A stretch of DNA of 64,000 nt from Eledone cirrhosa (Eukaryota), in contig OZ024740.1 of the NCBI GenBank assembly GCA_964016885.1, positions 395,436,001 to 395,500,000 on the forward strand, written 5' to 3'. A program made the translations under genes and the position numbers. Under the pieces are notes generated by a model, which did no database searches, was not told the origin of the DNA, and saw only the letters and a list, made by a program, of their open reading frames with translations. Positions 52,401 through 64,000 of the stretch are shown here, one piece after another. Position 1 is the first letter of the stretch; each line of letters starts with the position of its first letter.

Positions 52401-52736
52401 GAACCTAGCAGACCCACCCCTCCACCGGGTCTCTTGAATACAACAAACATCGACCTCCTTACGTTCAAGCATTTCTACAACCTCGTTAGCGCGACCCTTT
52501 AGGGTGCCTACATTTATGGTACCAACTCTGAAGTTTTGGATTGCGTTTGGGGGTTGGGGGCGGTGGGGGGCGGGGGGCGATGGGGTTATGTTAGCCGTCC
52601 GCGGTCGAAACAATGAGGAGTGCTCGCATTCTCGTCCTCCAAGAGGTGAATTTGTCTTTATCTTTGGCATTGTCGCTGAGCGTCCAGATTTTTCTCTCTC
52701 TCTCCTCCACTCTCCAGGATTCCGCAGTCCATCCAT
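49497..52736 (-). CDS. Intact 1079-aa RTE ORF: APE endonuclease, reverse transcriptase, PHD-type C4HC3 finger
   Basis: APE motifs GTINVGTL, IQETR, SAYAPQ, GDLNGHVG, DYIL, SQHR. RT motifs KGKGD, NYRGIKL, QFGF, DLEKAFD, QGSVLSP, YADD, FRYLG. Finger CSVC..CPKC...H..C...CGRC. C-terminal RRLRWYGH and GRPRKTW. Confidence 0.97.
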   Translation of the reverse strand: MDGLRNPGEWRREREKSGRSATMPKIKTNSPLGGRECEHSSLFRPRTANITPSPPAPHRPQPPNAIQNFRVGTINVGTLKGRANEVVEMLERKEVDVCCIQETRWRGGSARFIEGKKRCYKLFWVGNDDGLGGVGIMIAEKWADKIIDVNRVNDRIIKIRLVLNRTTVTVISAYAPQSGLPGTIKDRFYETLMLTTSQISDSDYIIIAGDLNGHVGQHCDGYDEIHGGYGFGTRNEEGSRILEFCDANNLTICNTNFKKRDNHLITYRSGEHTSQVDYILTRRRDRVSVVNTKSLPHEECTSQHRLIISDLIVRTRRTRQQKRTILRRKIWKLKDPTARNKFQSILLDAFDSKEEHLESDNIEGEWEFLKANLLLATDEVCGWSRPVGRRRVTWWWNSKVEGSIKAKKQAWKVWRDGGSREDYQVARREARRQVYLARREAEERKFKHVLQRDDQKREVFRIARQCVKENRDIVGEKCVLNDDGTLAITDADKKVAWKCHYERLLNEENKWEKDSLPHIDPIEGPAVLVEGSIISKAIKDMKTGKAAGPSEIVAVMLKASGTVGHTMVTRIVNQVVQNGVVPKDWHSSIIVNCYKGKGDALDRSNYRGIKLIDQVMKVTEKVIAQLIRERIDLDEMQFGFVSGKSTTDALFIVRQLQEKYLAKGKPLYLAFVDLEKAFDRVPCSIIWWALRKLGVDEWLVRAIQAMYKETVSKVRINNEYSAEFSVKVGVHQGSVLSPLLFIIALQAITEEFKTGCPWELLYADDLTLIAESMAELEKKFQTWKHGLESTGLKINLAKTKVLVCRKENKAAVPSGKWSCSVCRKGVGRNSILCPKCKVWVHKRCSGITGKLTKNIDFTCGRCSGAISSSKCPQNTSSFNCAEGSIEIVDSFRYLGNKISSGGGCSESTVARVRTGWKKFRELIPLLAAKGFSLKMKGRLYDACIRTAMLHGSETWALCAEDIRRLERNEACMLRWMCNSNIRERQSINELRKKLEIRGIRCCLLERRLRWYGHVMRMKVDSCITKCRAIKIDGSHGIGRPRKTWDELINSDITHLHLSKTMSLDRDLWRYSVTEKTCLT

Positions 52737-52780
52737 CCATCATATATCGAAAGGCAACCAGGCAAGCGATAGTATAGGCC

Positions 52781-52852
52781 TCTGGCTTCTGATTGGTCCG
52801 CGTTATAATACTGGTGATGCGTGGGGGCTCTGGCTTATGATTGGTCCACGTA
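52781..52852 (-). promoter_or_regulatory. Duplicated CCAAT-containing motif in the RTE 5' UTR (candidate internal Pol II promoter)
   Basis: ctctggcttctGATTGGtccgcg and ctctggcttatGATTGGtccacg; both read ggaCCAATc on the coding strand 50-110 bp upstream of the ATG. Confidence 0.4.
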
Positions 52853-53198
52853 ATAGCAATGGTGGTGTTGGGTAGCTAGACAGGAGGTAATGATTTGAAT
52901 GGGGTCCTTGCACATTTAACAAGCGATTAACAAAAATACCAAATTTGTTCTGTTCAATACGACCAAAAACTTTCGTATTTAACAATTAATAAATACAAAA
53001 AATGTAGATTGTTTTAGCGATAGATTGGCTATTTGGACTTGATACGAAATATGGATTGTTTTGAAAATACGCTAGAATTAGGAAATGGGGAATTAGGATT
53101 TGTGGAGGTAGAGATGAAGGAAAATATGTACATTACGTTACATGAATATCGTGGGGTAGACAGCAAAGCAATGAAATTTGGCGAAGTGAATTCCTATC

Positions 53199-53232
<34 letters not shown>

Positions 53233-53554
53233 GGGGGTGGCCCCATGATGGTTGTGTGTGTTAGGCGTTTGACCGCCCCATGCCTTCGAAGTAGCGGGTG
53301 GGGGGGGGGCGAGTAAGCGGGAGTTTCGAAAGAAGGAAGAAGGAAAGGATTTTGTTTTTTTTTGTTTTGAAAATACGCTAGAATTAGTGATTGAGGTTTG
53401 AAAATACGCTAGGAATTAAGGTTTGAAAATACGCTAGATTAAGAATTAAGGAATTTATAAGAAGGAGAAGAGACAGGAGGTAATGATTTGAATCGGGTCC
53501 TTGCACATTTAACAAGCGATTAACAAAAATACAAAATTTGTTCTGTTCAATATG

Positions 53555-53618
<64 letters not shown>

Positions 53619-53620
53619 TG

Positions 53621-53652
<32 letters not shown>

Positions 53653-53962
53653 AAATAAAATGTTGTAGTTTGCTTGAAGCATTGTATATGATATATAATG
53701 TGGAAAGAGATGTAAAGCTAAACATATATATATATACATATATTATGTATGTATAAGGATATGTATAAGGGATAATAATATATCGTTATAGGTAATCCAG
53801 TTAGAGGTTGTGAATACTTCATATTGTGGATAGTTTTAGCGTACGGCGTTGTTCAGCAATTTTTAGACAACTTAATCAGTGAAATAATTGTTAAGACTGT
53901 AAATAAAACCCTTTTTTGTACTGTTGACCATGTTATTCTTCACTCTTTCAATATATATATAT

Positions 53963-54500
53963 ATCATCATTATCATCATCATCATTTAATGTCTATCTTC
54001 CACATTAGCATTGGTTAGACGGGTTTGTCCCACTTGAGGCAAGTTTGGTCAAGTGACCATGTCTCACTCGTATAGAACTGTATCTGGTTGGTTTTCTATG
54101 ACTGGATGCCCTTCCTAGTGCCAACCACATATACAGTGTGGACTGGGTGCTTTTTGTCGTCACACCTACATGACCACTTTTGTTTGAGCTAGATGTTCTG
54201 TGATACCAACATAATTTTACAGAGTGGTGTGGGTGGAAGTGGGAGGATGGAGTGGGGATGTGGGGTGGGGCGTATATTGGCTTCAGAGATGCCTACTGAC
54301 TGTAGGTTTAAATTTGTACGTAAGGGAAGGCGGGTCTTCTGTATTACTGCAGAGCGCCCTATTTTTCTTTCTGCATAATAGAACTTTAGTCTTAGACAAG
54401 TTAACTTTAAGACCTTTTGATTCTAGGCCATGCTTCCATGTTTGGAATTTCTTCTTTAGTTCAGCCACAGATTCAGCTATGAGAGTTATATCATCTGCTT
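53963..54500 (-). mobile_element. Internally deleted RTE fragment (RT segment fused directly to the 3' UTR) with tail
   Basis: ADD..LIAES.AELKKKFQTWKHGLESKGLKVNLSKTKVLLCRKKNRAL joined to the terminal ...TEDPP segment and 3' UTR. Confidence 0.7.
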
Positions 54501-54668
54501 ATTATCTCTCATACATTTAAAAATATGCTTACATATTGCAAAACATTGCCACCCCCCCTCCTTCTCACCACAAATATAAAATACACTTCACTTGTGTAGG
54601 ATGATCTAGAATTTATCTAACTTTCCTGTCAGACTGAAGTTGATTTGTAATATAAATTTGTTATAAAT

Positions 54669-55553
54669 ATCATCATCATCATCACCGTTTAACGTCCGTT
54701 CTTCCATGCTAGCATGGGTTAGACGGGTTGTCCTGTTGTGGGCAGTGTCTGGTCAGCTGACCATGCCTTGTTCATACAGGAACTGATTTGGGCTTGATTT
54801 CTACAGCTGGATGCCCTTCCTAACACCAACCGCATTTACAGTGAGTGCTGGGTGCTTTTTCCGTGGCGCCTACACGTCCACTTTACAGTGTGGGCTGGGT
54901 GCTTTTTTGCCGTGGCACCTCCACGACCACCTTGCAGTGGGAGGGTGTGGGGGCATATTGTCTATATGCTTCAGCTTGTACCCATGGGAGGTCGGGTACT
55001 CTGTATTACTGCGTGATGCCAGAGGTCACGGTCCTGTGTCATCACCTTTGAGAGGTGTAATTGGGTAAGGTCGGCTTTTATCACCTCATCCCAGGTCTTC
55101 TTGGGTCTCCCCACTCCGCGGTTTCAATTGACTTTTAGTGCTCTGCACCTTTTTATGCAGCTGTCATCCTTCATACGCATCATATGTCCATACCAACGCA
55201 ACCGCCTCTCCTGCACACAGCATTTGATTCCTCTTATGCTAAGTCTCTCTCTCAATTCATTTATGCTTTGTCGTTCACGTATATTACTGTTACACATCCA
55301 TCGGAGCATGCAGGCTTCGTTTCTTTCTAAACTACGTAAGTCTTCCACCTTCAGCGCCCAGGTCTCACTACCATGCAACATTGCTGTTCGGATACACGCA
55401 TCATACAGTCTGCCCAGTCTGCCTTTCATTCTGAGGGAGAAGCCTTTTGCAGCTAGCAGTGACAGTAGTTCCCTGAACTTCTTCCATCCCGTTCTTACCC
55501 TAGTTATTGTACTTTCTGAACACCCACCTCCGCTGCTAATTCGGTCACCTAGG
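54669..55553 (-). mobile_element. 5'-truncated RTE subfamily B with tail
   Basis: ORF 55124-55588 (YLGDRIS...RRLRWYGH); 3' UTR matches 23540-23900; 5' end abuts (TA)n. Confidence 0.92.
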
Positions 55554-55641
55554 TATATATATATATATATATATATATAAATACACACACATGTTTATAT
55601 ATGTATATATATATATATAAACACACACACACACACGTTTA

Positions 55642-55693
<52 letters not shown>

Positions 55694-55742
55694 GAGAAAG
55701 TACTGATAAATATACATATGTAATTTCAGTATTTATATATAA

Positions 55743-56166
<424 letters not shown>

Positions 56167-56505
56167 ATACATGTACACATATGTGTATGTGTGTGTGCCC
56201 ACTGTATCTATGTATGTGTGTGCGTCTAAACATACTCATCATATATATCTCAAGTGTTAGAAGAGTATTTACACATGAAAGAAAACAAAGTATTATTGGA
56301 TTTATGACTTATGTGACATAAAATAATTTCAAAGATGAGATCCTTGACCAACTCTAACCACTGAAGTACTACATCTTCACCATTAATTCCCCTCTACATT
56401 GTATTGGAGATATGTCTATTGATGTGGGTATCTATGTAAATATATGTATAGATATATGTATATAGAGAGAGTTAGATGCACACATGCCTGCATACATACA
56501 TACAT

Positions 56506-57062
56506 GGTGGCTGCCAACTCGTTTTCGAGTACAACCACTACTTTATATCCATGTAGGAGAACCCTATACCGATGGGCTGAACGAGTGTGACTTTTTAGTC
56601 CAGCCAGCGACTTGAAAACTCTGGTACAAACACTACACTTGTGACAAATATTGACACATAGTGCTGGGCCCATGGTACCATGTGACAAGTGCAGAGAGAT
56701 CTCCAGATATAAAGCAATGCCTGTGCCGTGAAGCTTTTATAGTGAGCAAAGGTACTGCACAAAGCCAGTCCCACTCTCTTAACCAAGATGATATTTACCA
56801 AAAAGAAGAACAAGTCAACATCATTGGATACCATCAGGGTTGCAGGTGTTATATCAGAGTTTTCCTTCTCCTAGAATTCTGCCTTGACAAAGGCTAAGGG
56901 GTCATCTCTCCCAGTGATTTTGGATAGCCATTGACTCTTAAGAGCTCCTTTGCCCTTTGGCAGGTTTTGTTTTTAGTCCTGCAGGATGTCCAAAGTCACC
57001 CTCCTCACCAAGAAACCTTGGTGAGGTTGCCAGTTTAGTCGCCAACGACCCGACCATGGGAC
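56506..57062 (-). mobile_element. Bipartite non-autonomous RTE derivative, copy 2, in (CATA)n
   Basis: Reverse complement of 4730-5293 with few mismatches and nearly the same ends. Confidence 0.7.
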
Positions 57063-57096
57063 ATACATACATACATACATACATACATACATACAT

Positions 57097-58057
57097 AAGA
57101 CTGATCTGGAGAAGAGATATGGAATAAAGCCTGATATAAATCTCTCACCCAGAGAAGTCGGAAGATCCTATTCAATGTTCAAACAAGATAAAAAAATTGA
57201 CCAATTTACAGAAAAAGTTGTGCATGGATACTTGAGGCGGAAAACACAGACCATAGAGGGGATAAACCACTCAAAAAGCCTGGCATGGAGTTCCGACAAG
57301 TTTATGACATCACACCTTGAGGGATATCTCTATGCAATACAGGAACAAGAACTCCCTACCAAATATCTGCTGCACAAAAGAGGAGGGCCAGCAGCTGACA
57401 ATAAATGTAGGCTATGTAAAACAAAGATCGAGGATGTAAGCCACATTGTTGCCAGCTGCGAAAGAATGTCATCTCGCTACTACCTCCCCATGAGACACGA
57501 TGGGATAGCTAGAACCATCTGGAACGCACTTCGGAAAACAAAATTAACAACAAACGAGGAAGAATATATTGAGACAGTTGGCACTAAGGAATACTGGTGG
57601 AACCTGAAAATAAAAACTGCCACCAAATTAAAGCACAACAGGCCTGATATTGTTGTTTGGGACCACACATTGAAAACGTGTTCTGTTGTGGAGATCAGCT
57701 GCCCACTTGATGTAAACGTTGTCAGAAAAATACATGAGAAGGAGGACATCTACGGACCATTGATGAGGAGTTTACAAATCCAGTATCCAAGATACACCTT
57801 TAGCTTCATACCCATCATTATTGGAGCTACGGGTTATATACCAACCCGCTTGGACCAAAGTATGACTGAACTTGGATTTGCGGACAAAAAGCACAGCTCC
57901 CTAATTCATAGTCTACAAATGGCTGCGATAACTGGCACCTTCAAAATTTGCAAAACATTCTTGCGATTCAAGGGATGACAATTTCTTTTCTTATACAACC
58001 TTGCCACCAGGAAGGTGGCCGGTCAAAAAAAATATACTCGAAATTAAGAGAAAGAGA
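57097..58057 (+). mobile_element. 5'-truncated R4/Dong-clade (RLE) non-LTR retrotransposon flanked by (CATA)n
   Basis: (ACAT)n at 57061-57096 and 58059-58088; short 3' UTR after the ORF stop. Confidence 0.82.
57100..57978 (+). CDS. C-terminal CCHC zinc knuckle and restriction-like endonuclease
   Basis: Open from 57100. AIQEQ.L.T, CRLC....E...HI...C, RHD, RPDIVV.D, VEISCP, K..EK...Y, PIIIGATG. Confidence 0.88.
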   Translation, partial: TDLEKRYGIKPDINLSPREVGRSYSMFKQDKKIDQFTEKVVHGYLRRKTQTIEGINHSKSLAWSSDKFMTSHLEGYLYAIQEQELPTKYLLHKRGGPAADNKCRLCKTKIEDVSHIVASCERMSSRYYLPMRHDGIARTIWNALRKTKLTTNEEEYIETVGTKEYWWNLKIKTATKLKHNRPDIVVWDHTLKTCSVVEISCPLDVNVVRKIHEKEDIYGPLMRSLQIQYPRYTFSFIPIIIGATGYIPTRLDQSMTELGFADKKHSSLIHSLQMAAITGTFKICKTFLRFKG

Positions 58058-58442
58058 TATACATACATACATACATATATACATACATTGAGTGTATGTG
58101 TATTTGTGTAAAGAAGGAAATGCTTTTCTTTCAAACCTGTTACATTAAAAATGAAACTCTATTCAAGTTTCATCTTTTTTATCAACGATTTTTTATATTT
58201 CCTTATTAGTTTTGTGTGTGTTTGATTTGGAACAATAGCATTCCTAAATTCATTTGTCTAATAATTTTCCATGACCATCACTGGCTCATACCATAATCAT
58301 CCTTTTTCATCTATTTATATATATATGTGTGTGTGTATGTGTGTGCATATATATTATCATCATCATTGCCGTTTAATGTCTATTTTCTGTGCTTGCATGG
58401 GTTTAATGGCTGCCATGGTAACTAACTCCTGCTTGTATGCTT

Positions 58443-58790
58443 AATAATAATAATAATAATGAAATTATTGTGTAAAGTGCTCAGGTGCACTACAACTCGT
58501 CAAAGGTGCATGTATAGTACATAGAATAATATACAAATGTCAGGGAAGTGAATAGTGTATGAGTCATGATATACATGTGTGCGGATGTATGAAGGGGGAA
58601 TATTAGGTGTAGTGTTGGCGAATCTCGGAAAGCATGGAGGTTTTAAAGGATGCAGTGTCTCGACAGCTAACAACTGATGCAGGTAGTTTGTTCCATGCTT
58701 CAGCAACTCTGAGCGTGAAAAAATGTTTCCAAAAGTCATGGGAACTGTGCTGTTTTCTGACTTTGTGGGCATGCCCACATGTGTTAGACA
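58443..58790 (-). mobile_element. CR1/L2-like LINE 3' end with (TTA)n tail
   Basis: TCGHAHKV...KHFFTLRVAEAWNKLPASVVSCRDTASFKTSM matches the FFS.RVV..WN.LP..VV C-terminal motif. Confidence 0.72.
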
Positions 58791-61619
58791 CATGGAAATC
58801 AAAAAGATTCTTGGTTTCTATGGCTGGATACCATTTGTAATGCCAACCACTTTACAGTGTGTACTGGGAACATTGTTTCTACAGCTGAATTCCCTTCCTA
58901 ACACTAACCACTTTACAATGTGTACTGGGAGCATTTTAATGTGACTCCAGCACTACTCCCTTACAGAGTGGACTGTGTGCTTTTGTAGTGGCACCTGTAC
59001 TATTTCATTATGGCACGTGGTTGTGCTGGGGTGGGTTGAGGCTGAGGTACTGACATTTCATTGCTGGATTGGGATGGAGTCTTGGTGGTGCCAGTTTTCA
59101 CTTGATGCGCTAAAAGGGGAGCATTTATATACTGCTTGAGGCATGTGGCTGGTGGGTGGTTTCTGTCATTTTGGGGGTGTGCTAGGCTTTCCAGGATTTG
59201 AAAAGTGTTGGGGGTGCAAGGGTTCTGCAAGGAAGATTAATTAGTCAAGGATCCTCCAAATTTTCATGCTAGCATGGGTTGGGCATAAAAGTCAAGAGTA
59301 TATTGGCAGGTGACGACCTGGGAGTTGTTCCATCTCTGTGTTTCTTCAGGCTTAAGGTGGAAAAGGGGACCAATGGCATGCTAACAGAGATTTCAGGAGT
59401 ATAATGATGATTAGATGGGACTTGAGTGTTATAACACATACCTCTCTGCTTCTTTAGGTTTAGAGTGGAGGTAGGTAGGTGGGTTAACCATCCTCCTTCT
59501 GTTGCATTCATTCCTCTTACATAAAGAGGCAAGTTCCTAATATTACAGAATATCACCAGTTTTCTCAGCCCTGGGTCATATTCTTTGTCAGGTTCAGCTG
59601 ACACCTAAGGAGCCTCATAAAATGGATTGACTGATACAGCAAGGCTTTCACCATGCTGTCCCTGGGTGCAGCTGAGATGAGCTGTCCAGTGGAGGGTGTA
59701 GAGTTTGTCTCAGCCTTTTGTGTTCTTTTTTTTACTTTTGATTGTGTTTTACAAATTCTAAATAAAATCTCTTGACTTTAAATAAGCTGCTCTTGACACA
59801 TATCAAAGATCATCTCTCTGTAGCTAACTTAATGCTTGCTGCTGATGAAGCACAAATCTAGCATAATTACAGGCCTTTAATTAATACTCAGTGCTGATGA
59901 AGCAGAAATCGAACATAAATTATATATTTTTAATTGAATGCAACACTTTAAAGTCACACTAAGATATTTTAGCTTTGAATGTGTGAGTAGGAGTGTGGGC
60001 ACGTGTGTGTGTGTGAGCATGTGTGTGTGTGTGTGTGTGAGTACATGTGTATGTATAAGCATATGTGTATGTATGAGTATATGTGTGCATGTATGTGTGC
60101 AAGTTTACACGTGTATGCATACCTTCAAATATGTCTGTGTATGCATGCAAACGTATTGAATTAAAAACATGACACTAATTAATTGTTTCAAAATTTCCAT
60201 GAAACTTTACAATTTTATAGATCTTATATTTTATTGTATTATTATAATGGTACTTAAATGACAATGTTTCTGATATTCCTTATTCATTAGCAAAACTTCA
60301 TTTAAAAATGTACATTATTGTATTTTACTGCTTCCACTGCCAATCAACTGTTGGTCATGCATGGTGCTTTAACATCTAAGTTGCTTGACCAACAGATATC
60401 CAAGGCCATAAGTGTGTCTTTGTTGCTGTGTGATACTCTGTCTGACATCAAATTCCCTTGACTGACAATTAGCAAATATCACGTGTATCTGTTGTTGTAT
60501 ATAAAGCTGGTCTTCCCCTTAAAACCTTGCCTGGATTTCTGCCTCAGAAGGGAAATGAGGCTTGAAAGTAGGGTGTGAAAATGTTGGGCTCATAGGGACA
60601 GCAGTTCATTAAATTTATATTTGTCATTCCATAAAGATATCAGACATCAACCAAGAAAAGCAAAGTACTGAGATAAAGTAAGATTTCCACTGTGTTATGT
60701 GACTTCCAAACTCATCAACAGTAGCCATCAATCATTGCAACTGAATTCCTTCATCCTTCTGAAATTTAATTCAGCTTTACTTCAATGTTTTTATAGCCTG
60801 TAAAATTGAATAATTGTTTTCTATTTGCTCTGTAACAGAGTGCAGTTCTTGTATTTTATTTGGTTTTGAATAGACTTTTTACAGGCATTATGTAAATAAA
60901 AATTAATAAGTTTAGAAGTCGTCAACAGGGCAATAATATGATATGAGTGAGTGATTGTTATCTGAGCAGGCTATTAAAATTATATCACTCTTCTATTTTT
61001 TTTTTTTTGTAGTATATTATTAAACATTTCCTTATTAGTTCCTTAAGTTTTCTTAAAAACAATAAATTTCCTATATATATGTATGAAGATTATGTCAACA
61101 TTGATAAAATATCTTCAGTTATAAAATGCATTATCACTATATTGAAGTGTTTTTCTTTGTCTCTGTAAACTGATCTGATATATCTTTTCTTATTCTTCCA
61201 CTTATATTTAAGAATAAGATTTTTGAATCAAGTGAAACTTTACCTAAGATATTAATGCAGAATAGTTGGACACTCAAGTTTTAAAAAAATTAATGGTAAT
61301 GTTCCAAGTCATTCTCTAATTTCTTATGTGTGTGTCACAAAGATATTATTCATGTACATAGTATGATTTTGTTTTGTTTTTTTATATATTGGCCAGCTCA
61401 AATTTTTTAATATGTCTCCAATTTTAAAGGAATTATGATCAAAATTGAAAAGTTATATATATGTCATTGTCATGACATCCACTTTTCCATGCTGACATAA
61501 AAGCGATGATGATGATGATATATTGATCATAATTCCTTTAAAATTGGGGACCCACATTCAAAAATTCAAACTGGTCAATATAGAAAAAAAAATCATACTC
61601 TAAACCTTTATTGCATAAT

Positions 61620-61820
61620 TCCTTCCAATCTCTCCTTCTTCACACTATACACAACAAAATTCCTTTCAAGCTCTTCCATACCACATTATATACACACAAT
61701 AAAACTCCTTCTAAACTCTCCCTCTCCATATTATACACACACAATAAATCTTCTTCCAAACTCTTCTAATTTATATTATGCACTCACAACAAAACTCCTT
61801 TTAAACTCTCCTTCTCCTCC
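61620..61820. repeat. Degenerate ~45-bp tandem repeat
   Basis: About 4 units of acacaac/taaaa.tcctt...aaactctcc...attata. Confidence 0.6.
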
Positions 61821-63334
61821 TGTCTCACCTGTACAGTTACCAAATGTGAAAACAAAATTCTCTAATTGTCCCTGTTGTCAAACTTTCTCTGGTTTATTTT
61901 TGCTACAATTAGTTACCCACTTTATTTAAACAGATTTATCTTTATGCAAAGTTTTAAGTAGTAGTAGCGCATTCATTTCAGACCAGCTAATTCTGTTCAT
62001 AATTTCTACCACCTTATTACTATCACCACCATCATCATCATCCTCATCTTCATCTCATTCACATATACGTTCAACCACATAATTTTTTTTTTGATCTCAC
62101 ACTGCTTTGGCCAGTAACTTTGCAACTGAAAACAATTATTTATTTGCCGGCTTGCTCATTAACCAAACTAGCTCGAAGTTAATGTCAGGCTGTGAAATTA
62201 ATTATGTTTCCAAAAATGACTTAATGAAACTTATCTCCTTTATTATTATCAGTAAAATTATCGTCATCATCATTACAATTCTGGCTCTGGAATGGCAAAA
62301 TTAGTAGGGGATAATACAGAATCATTATCATCATTATCACCATCACCGTCATGTCCATTTTTCCATGCTAATATGGGTTAGATTAACCCTCTCTAGTACA
62401 GCATTGCTGTTTCTTTCCTTTGTCATCTCTTTTGTGAGATTCAGTTTCTTGAGCCCAGCTTTCACTATTTCTGCTCACATCTTTCTTAGTTTTTCTCTTC
62501 TATAGAGGGTTAGGAAACCAGCTGGATCTGCCTCAAACAATTTCCTATCATAAACAATGTACCTGATATATAATGTTATTAATATGGGTTACAATATAAC
62601 AGCATTCTGCTTGTATATCAACATGTGCTAACCATTGTATGCAAAAAATGACTTTAACATTCTGCTCTTTTAATTCTGTGTGAGTAAAATACTTTGTTTG
62701 ATGAATGTAAGCAGTACACTAGAATGTTCATCTTTACACATAATCTAAATATTATGGTTCTAAATATGTACTGTTATTTCAAATCTGCACACGCCATTTT
62801 CTAGCAATATGCCTCTTTACCATACAACTTCACCTTTAGTGCTTATATTCCCTGGTTACACAAATCACTTGCTCAATATTTCTTATGTGTTCTGTTCACT
62901 TCTCAAAAATTTACTTTTATTTTTGCTGGATGTTTTATGTAAATCAATGGTTCTATCTGTGTTTCCTGATGAAATGGGGATTTATGCTTGAGTGCGATTT
63001 AAGTTGATTATTAATTGTTGGACTAATTATTTGATTGATTCTGTATACTGGGGCTATATTTATCTCTATAGAAACAATTGTAGAAATTAAAGGTGAATTT
63101 GAATAACAACCTTGGTTTTCCTTTTGCATTAATTAATTATACTCTGTGGCTTTACTGTCTTCATCTAACTGTATTGTAATCCATTAGAGTACAACTTTGA
63201 CTTGGATTCCTGGCTTTAATAATGCATTAAGCTTGACACACCTTAAAATGATAGTGGAATATTCCACTCTCATTATCTCTATATAAATATATATATATGT
63301 GTGTGTGCATGTGTGTATGTGTGTGTGTGTTGAT

Positions 63335-63481
63335 GTTAGGAAGGGCATCCAGCCATAGAAACCATGCCAAAATCAGTTCTGTGTAAGCATGACATGGTCA
63401 TCTGATCTGACGTGTCCCACAATGAGACAACTCGTCTAACCCATGCTAACGTGGAAAAATGAACACTAAACAGTGATGATG

Positions 63482-63485
<4 letters not shown>
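63335..63485 (+). mobile_element. RTE 3'-terminal fragment with (GAT)n tail followed by (TA)n
   Basis: gttaggaagggcatccagccatagaaacc...gtctaacccatgctaacgtggaaaa...gatgatgat. Confidence 0.75.
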
Positions 63486-63531
<46 letters not shown>

Positions 63532-63699
63532 CATACATACATACACAGAGAGAGATTTGTTAAAAAGAATTCTTTTATGACTTGTTGAAAAAAATGTGTT
63601 TGAATTTCTGAGGTTTTACACATTTGGAAACAAAATAAATCCAATCAGAAACTATATATGATTAAGGGATATAGTCAGCACAATGCAGATAAGTATAAT

Positions 63700-63865
63700 A
63701 ATTGTTTCTACGTTAGGCACAAGGCCAGCAATTACCCAGTGTATTACTGGTACTTTATTTTATCGACCCCGTAAGGATGAAAGCCAAAGTTAATCTCGGC
63801 GGGATTTGAACTCAGAATGGCAAGGGCCGTAACTCTATGCGTCAAAGCATGGCGTCCGACCCACT
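63700..63865 (-). mobile_element. tRNA-head SINE (5' end truncated)
   Basis: Same family as 14659-14842. Confidence 0.78.
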
Positions 63866-64000
63866 ATAAGTATAATAATAGTTAATAACTAGGAATAGTA
63901 GCTGAATAAAGCAAGTAAAGTACTCCTGTAGATGAAAGAAAGTGGGGAAACACACACATAGCATGTGTCCTGGTTTATTAATACCACCTGGTTATTGAGG

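Larger units (their letters stand above)
49097..53200 (-). mobile_element. Apparently full-length RTE LINE subfamily A (5' UTR, ORF, 3' UTR, (GAT)n tail); 5' boundary uncertain
   Basis: Tail at 49098-49118, modular 3' UTR, uninterrupted ORF, unique upstream sequence up to a TA/GA tract near 53200. Confidence 0.9.

Noticed and set aside
49687-52875. Antisense ORFs overlapping RTE and PLE coding regions (also 21607-22332, 24136-26520, 41150-41771)
   Set aside because: Shadow ORFs of the retroelement frames with no recognisable motifs.
59830-59920. Two CTGATGA motifs in a short tandem duplication
   Set aside because: No stem II closing onto GAAA and no stem III/I; not a hammerhead.

Overview
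AT-rich, repeat-dominated eukaryotic DNA, apparently intronic or intergenic. The mix of repeats (long (TA)n arrays, PHD-finger RTE LINEs with (GAT)n tails, tRNA-head SINEs) suggests an octopus/cephalopod-type genome, which is an inference. No host protein-coding exon could be supported. Recognisable content: (i) two subfamilies of RTE LINEs, including one intact 1079-aa APE-RT-PHD ORF (49497-52736, -); (ii) four coding Penelope-like elements (PLEs) with GIY-YIG endonuclease, three of them flanked by inverted pseudo-LTRs; (iii) 15 type I hammerhead-ribozyme (HHR) motifs found by eye on both strands plus one weak candidate, including U3-A8 core variants, long-stem-II forms and palindromic stem III loops; (iv) an ORF-less ~360-bp fold-back element with two head-to-head HHRs, and a second inverted copy of it that has lost one HHR; (v) an R4/Dong-type RLE LINE fragment embedded in (CATA)n, a CRE-like fragment, CR1/L2-like 3' ends, a bipartite non-autonomous RTE, TTAA-flanked piggyBac-like MITEs and SINEs; (vi) a strong AG|GTGAGT candidate recursive splice site at 30821-30828. 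Most young elements sit inside (TA)n or (CATA)n microsatellites. Coordinates were read by eye and may be off by a few bases.
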